Source of the DNA: Podospora anserina
Taxonomy: Eukaryota
DNA length: 64,000 nucleotides
Assembly (NCBI GenBank): GCA_017654855.1
Contig: CM030332.1
Location: 7,068,001 to 7,132,000, forward strand
Reading direction: 5' to 3'
Part shown: positions 1 through 11,269 of the stretch, in pieces
How the letters are laid out: the number at the start of each line of letters is the position of its first letter
Position numbering within the stretch: the first letter of the stretch is position 1
Translations under genes and position numbers: made by a program
Notes under the pieces: generated by a model
The model's input: only the letters and a program-made list of their open reading frames with translations
What the model was told of the DNA's origin: nothing
Database searches by the model: none

Positions 1-1961
1 GCCGCCTTTGATGGTCTCAAGCTCGCAGCACCGCCCGGCATGGGCATCCTCGACAGTCCCGTCAAGCTGGGTCGCCCACAAAGCGTTGCGGCCCCATTAT
101 CTCCTGGCAAGAGCAACGTGCAGCATTTCGAGGAGGGGCCATCGGCCGTTGAGCATAGTCTTGTCCACAAGAACGCCACGCAGGGTGGCAGTCCCCTGAG
201 AAGCCACATGCAAGAAAACACACCACCCATCTCGCTGCGCGACCCTTTCCAAGAGCCGACATATCAGCCAAGTCATGCCGCCCTCTCTCGTCAAGAGCTC
301 TACCAGCCACGAGAGCGAGAGAGACCGCAAGGGACTGTCAAGAAGTTCAACACGACACGGGGTCTCACCGCCGAGGAGCGGGAGATCTTGTCAAAGCCAA
401 ACGTTAAGCGCTTGGTCAATGTCACTCAGTTGTGTGAGTCTAGTTTCAGCACTCATGATGAGCATCCCTGCTGATACATACGACGGATAGACTTCCTCGA
501 TTACTACTTTGATCTCCTGACCTATGTCGGTCAAAGACAGAACCGCCTCAGTGCATTCAAGGCGGAATATCCCGAGCCGCCCGAGACCGACCCAGAGACG
601 TACAAGCAAATGTGGTCAAAGTACGCCGGTCGAGAACGCGCCAATCTCCGCAAGAGGCGAGTCCGGTTGAGGCAAGGTGATTTCCAGATTCTCACCCAAG
701 TTGGCCAGGGCGGTTACGGTCAAGTCTTCCTCGCGCAAAAGAAGGATACCAAGGAGGTGTGCGCGCTCAAGGTGATGAGCAAAAAGCTGCTGTTCAAGCT
801 CGACGAGATTAGACATGTCTTGACGGAAAGAGACATTCTGACAACGGCCAAGAGCGAGTGGCTGGTCCGCCTGCTGTACTCGTTCCAGGATGACAAGAAT
901 ATCTATCTTGCCATGGAATACGTACCAGGCGGTGACTTCCGGACGCTTCTCAACAACACTGGGGTGTTGTCCAACAGGCATGCACGGTTCTACATCGCGG
1001 AAATGTTCTGCTCGGTTGATGCCTTGCACCAGCTGGGCTACATTCATCGCGATCTCAAGCCGGAAAACTTCCTGGTCGACTCCACCGGCCATGTGAAGCT
1101 CACTGATTTTGGCCTGGCGGCCGGTTTCCTCGCACCCGCTAAGATCGAGTCGATGAGGATCCGGCTGGAGAAGGCGTCCGAGACGTCGGTTCCGTTCGGT
1201 AAGCCAATGGACCAGCGTACGGTGGCAGAGCGTCGGGAGGGATATCGGTCCATGAGGGACAAGGATGTGAACTACGCCAAGTCGATTGTCGGCTCGCCAG
1301 ATTACATGGCTCCCGAGGTGCTCAGGGGAGAGGAGTATGACTTTACGGTTGATTACTGGAGTTTGGGGTGCATGTTGTTTGAGGCGTTGACGGGGTTCCC
1401 CCCGTTTGCCGGCAGCAACGCGGATGAGACGTGGAGGAATCTGAAGCACTGGCGGGACGTGCTGAAGAGGCCGGTGTGGGAAGATCCGAGCTACTTTTTG
1501 AGCAACCGGACATGGAACTTTATCACAACGTGAGTACCACCCACCATAAAGGCAACGTTGTCGGGGATCAGAAAACTGACACAGTTCGAAGTTGCATCAA
1601 CTCCCGATCCAAGCGCTTCTCCAATATCAAGGATATCCAGAACCACCCCTACTTTGCCGAAGTGGACTGGGAAATACTCAGAGAGACCAAGGCGCCGTTC
1701 GTCCCCGAGCTCGACTCCGAGACGGACGCCGGCTACTTTGACGACTTTTCCAACGAGGCAGATATGGCCAAGTACAAGGAAGTGCACGACAAGCAGCAGG
1801 CACTTGAGGGCATGGCCGACAGGGATGATGAGATGAGCAAGAGCTTGTTTGTCGGGTTTACCTTCCGGCACCGCAAGCCGGCGAATGAGGATGGCAGCAG
1901 CCCAAGAAAGAAGATTCCGTTTGAGGAGGACGCGGCCCCTTCTTTTGGCACCATGCTGTAG
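1..1961 (+). CDS. dbf2: NDR/AGC-family Ser/Thr kinase Dbf2/Dbf20 (mitotic exit/septation), 5'-partial; exons <1-433, 491-1529, 1592-1961
   Basis: Frame 1 is open from base 1. Splicing intron 434-490 (GTGAGT..CTGAT..TAG) restores VTQLYFLDYYFDLL. Kinase motifs GQGGYG, HRDLKPEN, DFG and GSPDYMAPE are present. Intron 1530-1591 (GTGAGT..CTGAC..AAG) joins the AGC C-terminal tail with the hydrophobic motif FVGFTF. TAG stop at 1959-1961. Confidence 0.93.
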
Positions 1962-3840
1962 GCTCAGCAGAGGAGGTCCAAGGGGGCGCATTTGCAGTCC
2001 TCGCCTGGGAAGCCGAGGGACTGGATGAAGGAGCTGAGGGTGGCACAGGAAGAGGTGGAGAGGAGAAGGAGGGAGTTTAAGTTGATGTGAGGGAGGTTCT
2101 GTTCAATCATATTTGTGCTTGTATTTGATTACCTTACTAGCCTTGAGTACTTGGTTTAGTGTTTGCATTGCTTTTCGAGGGCCGCGGCGTCGTTGATGCG
2201 TTTTCACAGGGAAGGGGATAGATGGCGGGAAGGCAAGGCAAGAAAGGCAAGCAGGATAATTGTGTTAGTTTACCGTAGTATGAACTTGTACTTTTGTAGA
2301 ACAACAGGTTGTGGGTATGTCAGCAAAGCAAGGGGAATATCTCATGCCTTGGTGACAAGTGACAAGTAACAGTATCACACCACATTGTCGTCGTCAGCCT
2401 GGATGTAAACGGTTGGCCAATCCAACACCGGGATCTAATCTTGAGATGTGATCTCCACTCTGGGCCCAGTTTGATGGAATCGATAACTTATTCTAATCCC
2501 TGAGGGCGATCATGTTTGTCACGATGGCTTGGCATTTGTAACAGATTCAGGGCACCCTCGCAGCCCTAAAGATGGAGATTTTGGGTATGAAAAGGAAAAA
2601 AAAGATATCCACCAAAGACGTCATTGGATGGAAAGAGCCAGGGGGAAAAAGGTAAATAAAGAATTAAGTGACGACGCTTCAAGGTGGTGGGTGGAAGTTG
2701 AGATGGAACTAGCCGGCCGGTGTGTTTTGGGACTGACACTGGCCCCGACAACGCTCTTGGATTTGGCATCTGGCATGCGCAGCCGACACATGCGAGCTCT
2801 CTCTAGCATGTCGTCCATCACAGACAGACGTGCTGCTGCTCACATGTAGCTACACGGCAGGCAGTGGCAGGTAGCAAGACCGACGCCCAATCGCTTCTGA
2901 CTTTTGGCTTTGCTCCCCGAAAACAGTACGAATGCATTCCCCACCCCAGCCCTGCCGCCTTACCTCTCGGTCCCGAGAGTGATTTTCAGGATTTCTTTCA
3001 AGGATCTGGAGCTGAATAGATGAGATGGTATTCGAGAAGGAAAGGCTCAACACGCTCGGTGTTTTTCGGCCCGGTCCCGCTGATGTATTGCGTGGCCGTC
3101 TTGGCGGTACGAGATCGGGGCATTCTTTTGGTAGAGCCGCAAGCAGGACAACATTCCCATAGGGTTGCTATTTTCAACCACAGGTATCTAGTTAATGTAG
3201 GTGCCGTACACGGCAAAGAAAAGGTATGGATTGCCAAATGGACGCGCGGCATATCAGTCCCAGTGGCGTCTCTAGTCTCGAACACGGCAGTTGGACGATG
3301 TTGTTGCTCAACAGGAACCCAACAGCCAGATGCCTGACGACAATCCGAGCTTTTTTTCTTTCATTCTTGCTCTGATCATCCCAACTCAACTTTGCTCGGT
3401 CGAGGAGCTAGCGACCTCGGGGCTAAAGCCAGACCTGCAGCGTCCGTCATAGCTCGGCGCCCATAGCCTTCCGTTGTCGTCTTAACGTTGGGCAGACCGA
3501 AAGATTGGACTGCTTGGACTTAGCACTAGTTGGTCCGCTTGAAGATCCCGCACCTCCACCTCTGCCGTCTGCCGTATCGCCCGGGTGAGATATGTTATTT
3601 GTTGTTTTCTCCTTGTATCAGCCTCACTGAGGTACTTGTCGATCGGTATGGTATAACGTAGGGGGTTATATAAAACCCCCCTCCCACCATCCCTTGTTTT
3701 CCTGTCTTGTGTTGTCTCATCCCAACCTCTTCACTTCTCTCCCCCACCTCCCACCTCCCACCTCACCTTGTTATCCTCCTCTCCTCCAACCTCATCGTCA
3801 ACGCTACTGCTCTTTTATTGTCCCTTCCTTGACCATCAAA

Positions 3841-4664
3841 ATGAGACCCTCAACCGTGACGGCCTTCCTTGCCCCGGCGGCCGCCAACGCCCAGTGGTAC
3901 GGCGGTGCCCCCGAGTGCGCTGTAAGCCTCCCCTTCCAATTCTCCATCAACAATACCTCCAACTAACCTCCCCCCCCCCAAAAAAAAAGCAATCCTGCAT
4001 GTCCTCCCTCTGGGACGCAGACTCCACCTGGCCAGCACCAACCTCCTACTGCGCCGAGCCAACCCAGGCCGCCCCCTTGATCTCCTGCATCTCCTCCGCC
4101 TGCTCCGCCTCCCCCACGGCGGTAACCTCCTACTCCTCCCTCTCCGCCTCCCTCTGCGCCCAGTGGGCCTCCTGCTCCGCCGCCGGCTCCACCGGCGTCC
4201 TGACCGTCTCCGCTCCCGCCTTCACCGGCGCCTGGGGTTCCGGCCGCGGCTCCAACGCCTGGGGCGGGGACGGGGAGTGGACAAAGACCTGGGCTGGTGG
4301 TGTCTACACCGTTACCGGGTGCGAATGGAACGGCAATCCTTGGGCTGGCGGCCCGGGCGGCTGGGGACCGGGAGGCGAGGCGGGTGGTAGCCCTTGGGGT
4401 CCTTGGGGTAAGGGGTGGAAGTGGAGCACCGAGACTCAGACGGTGACGAGAGTGTTCACGGGGGTTGATAATGGAGTAACCAGCTTCAGCACCTCCATTG
4501 GGTTGGCGACGGTGGCGTTGGCGGTGAGCGGGGACAGCACCACTACGAGCTTTTTGGCGCAGGCGACGGGGAATGCCGCCGCGGAGGGGAGTAAGGTTGA
4601 TAGCGGGGTCAGGATCATGGGTGCGGTTTTGGGTGGCGTGGTTGCTGTGGCTGGGTTGCTTTGA
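3841..4664 (+). CDS. Secreted, probably GPI-anchored cell-surface protein with a Cys-rich CFEM-like N-terminus and a Gly/Trp-rich middle; exons 3841-3921, 3990-4664
   Basis: ATG 3841 starts a signal-peptide-like MRPSTVTAFLAPAAANA. Intron GTAAGC..CTAAC..AAG keeps frame to give APECAQSCM..YC..SCISSAC. C-terminus GNAAAEG..IMGAVLGGVVAVAGLL resembles a GPI signal. TATATAAAA lies at about 3667-3675 upstream. Confidence 0.8.
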
Positions 4665-5003
4665 AAAGAAGATGACCTGTTTGCTGTGTTATCTTTCTTC
4701 TTGTGAAGATGCTCTAATTTCTTGGGTTAATATTGTTATGGGTGAGTGAACGAAGAGGGGTTGGAGGGTGGTTTCTGCTTGGAGAATTCGGCGGTTTCTT
4801 GTGTCGGTTGGTGATTGGGAAGACTGGACTAAGGAGGGGATCTCAAGCAGGTTATGGCAAGCAGATAATCAAGCCATTACTATTTGTAACGGATACCGAT
4901 ATACTGCCCTACGGGCTTGTTTTCTCAGAAATCGATACCGACAAGCCCGTCTTTGACTGGTCCCTTCGAGGTCTTCACCCATCGTCACACCAGAAGCTGT
5001 GTA

Positions 5004-5620
5004 CTAGATCCGTTCGGTAGATCGTTCTGTGTTGTATAGGCCGTTCAGGGATCGCTTTGCTCCGTGGTGACCAGTATCAAGCCCTGGAAACTCATGATAA
5101 ACATAAAGGCAACTTTGGGGTGTTGAGATAGTCATCAGCTCAGCCATTTTCAAGCTTTCCCAGGACCATGCCTCCAATGGTGTCCCTAGAGTCAACCGCC
5201 GAGTCGAATAAGCCTCCATCTTCTCCCAGATACCCTTCCCAGGCCCTCGCAGCTCGTCGAGGCGAAAGAGAAGCAAAAAGTCAACATAACGGGAGCGTAG
5301 AGCAGCCATTCAGCAGGGCAGGCCGAACTTATACCAGCCCAACGTGTTGGTCACCCCGTCCCAGCGTTGTAACCTTGTTACCACGTGGCATAGAAAGAAA
5401 AGATAGCGCCCCTTTTCCCGGGCCGTGAAGATGGAAGACGCGCCGTTGTATATGCAGTGTTCCATCCGAGACAGCAAGAAACGGGCGGCGCGTGTGACAC
5501 GTGCCGCAACTCACCAAACTTGTTTGATGATCGTTTCCAAAGGCTCCGGGGCTGAGGAAAACTCGATGATGTGCGATAGCGCAATCCGCCTCGTCACCAA
5601 GGACCATCCCGACCGATAGC
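5004..5620 (-). pseudogene. Possible decayed HET-domain-associated gene fragment
   Basis: Minus-strand peptides IWEKMEAYSTRRLT and AWSWESL resemble the W..VE.YS.R.LT and PSWSWAS motifs typical downstream of fungal HET domains. RSGWSLVTRRIALSHIIEF upstream loosely resembles RGWxLQERxLSxRxxHF. Frames are broken and the similarity is judged by eye only. Confidence 0.25.
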
Positions 5621-8600
5621 ATCTGATAATGGCTGCCGGCTACCGTCTTGGCTTGGGAAGCCAACTTGGCAAAGCCGTCGAGCTTCTAGCTTGCCGAACA
5701 GTCTCGCTAGAGATTCAGTTCACCGAGTCCATGGAACCATCCTGATCAACATAATGTCTGGTCTGATTCGGGTCCAGCAGCCGGAAATGCAAGTCTCAGG
5801 ACCCTGCCGGGCTCATACCTACGGCAGCACATATGGCACGGAGGGATGCCGGCATGATGTGCAGTGATTCTGTAGGTGTGGGCGAATAGCCGCGATAAGG
5901 TTAGCCATGTGAGCAGAAGCAACAGACTGGATGGTACCTGAACAGCAGGTGTGATTCGCAGTGCCTCGCCTCAGCTTGGAACGCCGGCTATCTCTGGGCC
6001 TACCAAAGGCGCCTAGATACCTGACAGTTAGGGCTGGTGCTCATGTTTGACGAGGATTGCGAATGGTCGCTCGCCAGATCTACAGACTCTCAGTGGACGG
6101 TCGGTGTGGTTTCCTATCACACACAGATAAGACGCGTGGAAGATCACCGGAAGGTCAGCAGAGCTTGCGGGCTATAAAGAAGACGAAACCCTCCCACTTC
6201 CAGGCCCGTAATTACCCAGGTATTCAGCCCGAGAAAACGGACGACCCTTGAGCTGCCAGCGAATCGGAGGCAGAGGACAATATGTCAATGACCATCATGA
6301 TCGACGACGCTTCCTGTGATGAATGACAATTCCCACCCTTCCAGAGGCAGAGAACGAAGGCCAACATGACACCCACACCACTCCATCCAACAACCAGCTT
6401 CTGGATTCTGACGTTTTGAACTTCTACAGCCTCGCCCTTCGCATGAATCAACCCCCACGTCGATTCCGCGCTCGGGCGCAAGGTTGCGGGGTGAGACTCC
6501 ATCCCCCGAAGCCCCCACGGGTTCACAGGGAGCTCATTGGCCAGGCCTACGTCGTTCTTAACCACCAGACCGTGTTCAATGGATTTAATCCCGCACGAAA
6601 CACCAGTGTGTGAGTGATCGGAAGCGAAGGGGGTTGGGCGGCTGGACCATCCAACCGAAAGTCTCAATATTGGAAATGTTCCAATGCACCTAAAAGGCAT
6701 TGGGCACATCGGTTGAGGAGCCCAGTTCCGCCCGGCAATACAGAGGACGAGGGGGGAAGATGGCTTGCCCGAGGGTTTCGGGTGGTCGGAAGCTCAGTTT
6801 CTCGGGAGTAACCTCAAACAGGAAAGGTCAGCAAGATTCTTGGCAACGACGGCGACAAGACAAGCTCCTCGGTGAGGGGCACGGTCTTTGGACGTTTGAG
6901 AGCACATATCCAACCACCGCCCAGCTTTCACATGTCATTGAAGGTGCTGGGTGGTACTGTAGGTGTGCAAAGTCATCAGCACCCATTACCGTCGTCATAT
7001 CGCATCTGTGGTTTGTTTGACCGCAAAGTGGCTGTATGTAGCTCTTCAAGCTTGGCAAGGAAGCAGCGAGATCGGCCAACCACCACGACAGGTTGATTGG
7101 GTCGCATGTCTTCTCTTGATGTCTGCCCTCTTGGTACGAGGCCGGTTCCGGGGAGTGAGGGCTGGGTCACTTCTCTGGATGATGGAGGCGGCTGGAGACG
7201 ACGACACCACCAATGTCATCACCACACCTCCCATACCAGGTCTGTGATTCGAGCTTCCGTAGGCATTGCCTTGTAGGGCCGTTTTCGTCGTTTCTTGGTG
7301 GTGGATTTCTGCGTATTCGGAAATATGGGTGGCTACAAAATGAGAGGTTTGTGCCGGTTGATGGCCTCGTCGGAACGCATTTCTGGGCGCTCTGGGCAGC
7401 CCCAACGGCTGCCCAGAGTGATGCTGTTAGCGTACGTGGGCGAAGGCGTCCGGTGCACGGAGGGGGTATTGGAGATCCACAGATCGGAAAATAAAGGAAC
7501 AGAAAGAAGGCTAAACACCACGTTTGTTTTCTGTTGTGGCGGTCAGGGGAGGGGCTCTGCCCAGAGAGCTTGTCCCAAGCCCGGTTGCAGTCGGGTATCG
7601 TAGCGCCTCTCTTGCGTGTCGCCGTTGATCAGAGTCTCCAGCGGTCTCCATTGTCTCCAGCGCCCCAATGCTTCGAAGCACCTGCGTGACGTGCAGGACA
7701 GGTGGGCTTTGTGTGTGGAGATTCGGTCTGAATCTCCGCCGCCAGTGTGGACAGTTGTCAGGACACGTTGTTTTGGTTGGCGATGATGATGACATGAGGT
7801 TGATGGCGATAGGGACAACGATAGATCTGTTGCCGTCTGTGTCTGTGGTGTCGCCGAAAACGCAAATGGGAGACGGGCCGGCCAATGCTGGGTGGGATAT
7901 CGCTTTCAGCAAGCAACCCTTGCCCACCGCTTCCGGGGGCTAGCCTCATGGCCCTCCATGCTCCAGAAGCTTGGACCGTATTGGGCATTGTGTCCGTCTG
8001 TCGTCATTGCAAGTGCGTTCTCGTCGATAGATTGGATCGGCAGATTGATGATGCGCTTTTCGAAGGTGGTGTTTGTAGGAGTATGGTGGTGTGAAATACT
8101 AGGTAGGTAGGTAGTTCATGCAGAAGGGTTACAAAAGTCGAGGTTTGGCTACCTCTGAGTTTGTAGTCTTCAAACAGGAACAAGACATACAACAGAGAGC
8201 ATGTGAGCAATCGAGTCATCCTGATCAACACGGTTTTACCTGGCATGATAATGGTTTCCATTCTTACTCTGACATCCACTGACATCCAAGGTCTTACACG
8301 GAGCCGTTGACAGAAAAGGACGGCCCTGCCTCGGCTGTTGGCCCACCGTATGTTAAGGGTCCTGTGGACCGGTGGTCAAGGCCTACCTCAGAGTCCAGGG
8401 TAAGACGCACGGCACCAGTTTCAGCGTGTAACTCGTGGTGTTCTGTGAGGAAGAGGAATGATCTCTCTGCTTTGGAAGCAGTTTGTTTTGACCGCCTCGA
8501 CAACATTGCTACCGCCAGGACCTACGAGTTTGAGCCGACCAGGGAGTCGACAGAAGGAAGCTGACGATGGCTTGTCGTCTGTTCCCGCCCGGTAGGTGTG

Positions 8601-11269
8601 GGGGTACCACCATGACGGGAATCCCCTGTAGACCCCTGTCAGGTACTCGGTACTTGCCCTCTGAATCCATTTCTGATCCTCGCTGTAACCCTGTTGGGAA
8701 CCGTTCCCCATCACTTTCATTTCCTTCCTTTTGCCTTCTCAATATTACGATATTGTGTTTGCAATACAAACCTGCTGGGTATACCCTCCTTTCTCAGTCC
8801 ACAAAGCCCATGCTCACCGCAACAGTGTAGACAGCATACCTAGAAGCCCTTCGCTGATGGAAGAGCAGCCAGACACTGCCACGATGGCCAGCGAGAAAGC
8901 ATGCCGTTCTCCCACCTCCATCACCCCACGCAGGCAGGTTGAGACCCCTCACGCAGACGAGCAGTCTCACCACCAAAGCCACGCGTCTGGAAATGCCACA
9001 CCCATTTCTACCCATCCTGTCCCGCGTTGCGGAGAGTGGAGTGGGTGGGTGGTGTCCAGGATAATCCGAACTGGGAATCATGACACCTGCACCTGACAGG
9101 ACGCTGGAATGGGCTCTCCGCTTCAGAGGCTGCCCACTACAGCACGACGACACGCTCGGCGGCGAAGCTCAAAACTCATGCCACCCATCAATGGGGGACG
9201 ACATGGACATCGCTCGTCTCACAGAGCCGAGCAGACCGATCGGCTTCACAAGATTTTCGGCAGCGTTCAAGCCGTACAGTGCACGAGCAGTGACATATTC
9301 TTGTCCAACTTGACCCTCTTACATGGCATCTGTCTCTTGTCACCATGGCTCTGTCTCGAAGCCCGCCGCCATGGGCTATTGCTGGGCCGTCCTGGTACAC
9401 TACCCGGGGCATCCATGCGGTGTCGGCGTTGGCCAATAACCGGCATTTTTGTCCCAATAGGCCGTCTCCTATGCCCTGAGGAGAAGCTCTCCCCTTCCAG
9501 CCTTGGTGTGTTTGGCTCTCAATCACCCACGCTGTCATAGGCTCAGGTGAAGGTTTAGCAGACCGACTGCGTGCCAAGAAACCCCACACCAGCCCACTTG
9601 GATGCGTTCCGCCAAGAGGAGTGGGTTGCATTGCGGCCCATGAAGGTACCAGCGACTTCGGTCCGTTACTTGCAATCCCACCAGACTTTGTTCTGCGGCC
9701 ACCAGTGCGGCTTCCGAGAAGACGCTCTCCGGCCCTGTTGACATGGACTGGTTTTATTCCATGTTTCCTTTATCCATCTGCGCAATCTGTTTCTCTTGAG
9801 CATGTCAGACCTGTCATAGACTGACCGAAAGGTGACCGTAGGGACTCGGCCTTTTCTTCCTCTTATGGCCCCATATTATCCGCCCGCAAAGGGGGTTCCC
9901 TGGCGAAGTGTGCGAGATCCCGCAGCTTCGAGACAAACAGAGAACGGAGACCCTGACCCCGTTGAGTGCAGACCTGGCTTTGTCTCCTGTCGACCTGTTC
10001 AGGACCACTTCTATCCACCTGTCAACTCTGCACCTTGTAGTCCTCGGAGACTCAGCATTTTTGCGGGCTCTAGCAGTTTGAGAAGGAATAAGCTTAAAAG
10101 ATGTCTTTCCTTGCCACTCCGTTTTAACGGAAATGTGAACACGGAGGCACAATCCACAGTCCTGCAACGGCGAGACACCTCAGCAGGTAGGATTTGCCGT
10201 TGTATGCAGAACTTGGCTTCCTAGGGATTTGACTAGTGTGAGAATTAGCATGCTTGTCTGAGGAGCGAGAGGCCGGCGATCCATCTAGCGGTCCCACAGC
10301 GAGATGGCAGAACAAGATGACCCCCCGTCCCAACCGGGCTCCCGATTCTTGCACAGCGCGACGTGGGCGGGCGGCGCGCGGTGGATGGATGCCCAGCTGC
10401 TTGCAGTGGCCTGCTGCTCCCTATGAACAGGCAGTCCGCGCCGGCACCTATGGGCATGTCGACGGACCGGGGAGGGTGTGCTTGCACACGATCTCTCCAC
10501 CTCCATGCTCCATTCCCACTCTCCTCTCCAGCTGCTCCTCCTCCTCCTCCTCCTCCTTCGTTTCCGTATAGTCCCGTCTCTGTGTGTGTTATTGCTGTGC
10601 TTGCAGTGGCCAGCATCCACCCATCCCCAACCCGGGACCTCGTCGAGACAATTCATATAATCTTTTTGTACTCAGGCGCGCCCTGTCACTCTGTCCCATC
10701 ATTCTCTCCTCTCGCACCACTCCGGGCGGGGCCATTCATCAACACCACAACAACACCTGAAGGAAAAGCCGCCGAGGACCCTGCCGACTGCCAGGCCAAG
10801 TGCAGCAGCTCCCCCCTTCCTTGCTTCACCATCCTCCTTTTCCTCGTCGGTTTCTTCCTGAGCACAGGCCTATACATACGGAGCAAGTGTCACACGGAGC
10901 AAGTCATATTTTTTTTTATTTCTGCTTCTTTGTGTGCGTTCTTCGCAGACCTTTTTTCGAAGAGAAAAGCCACGAAGCTTTTGTTGCCGCAATCTCACAT
11001 TTCGTCGACGCAGCGCAGTCCAGCGGGAGCAGCTGCTAAACTGGGCCGCTGCCCAGAATCCACCCCCACAAGCCCCCTCCCCTCCCCCAGGCACTTGCCC
11101 GCCTGCACGCACACAGAGAAGGCCTGTGCGGTTAGGTGGCTCTCACAAACGTGGGGAACCAGCCAAAAGCCAAAACGGCAGACTTGCGAACTTCTTTGCG
11201 CCAGGTTCCTTCATCCGGACCACACCTCACCACATACCGTCGAGAAGGTCTCATCCATTGTACGACGCA

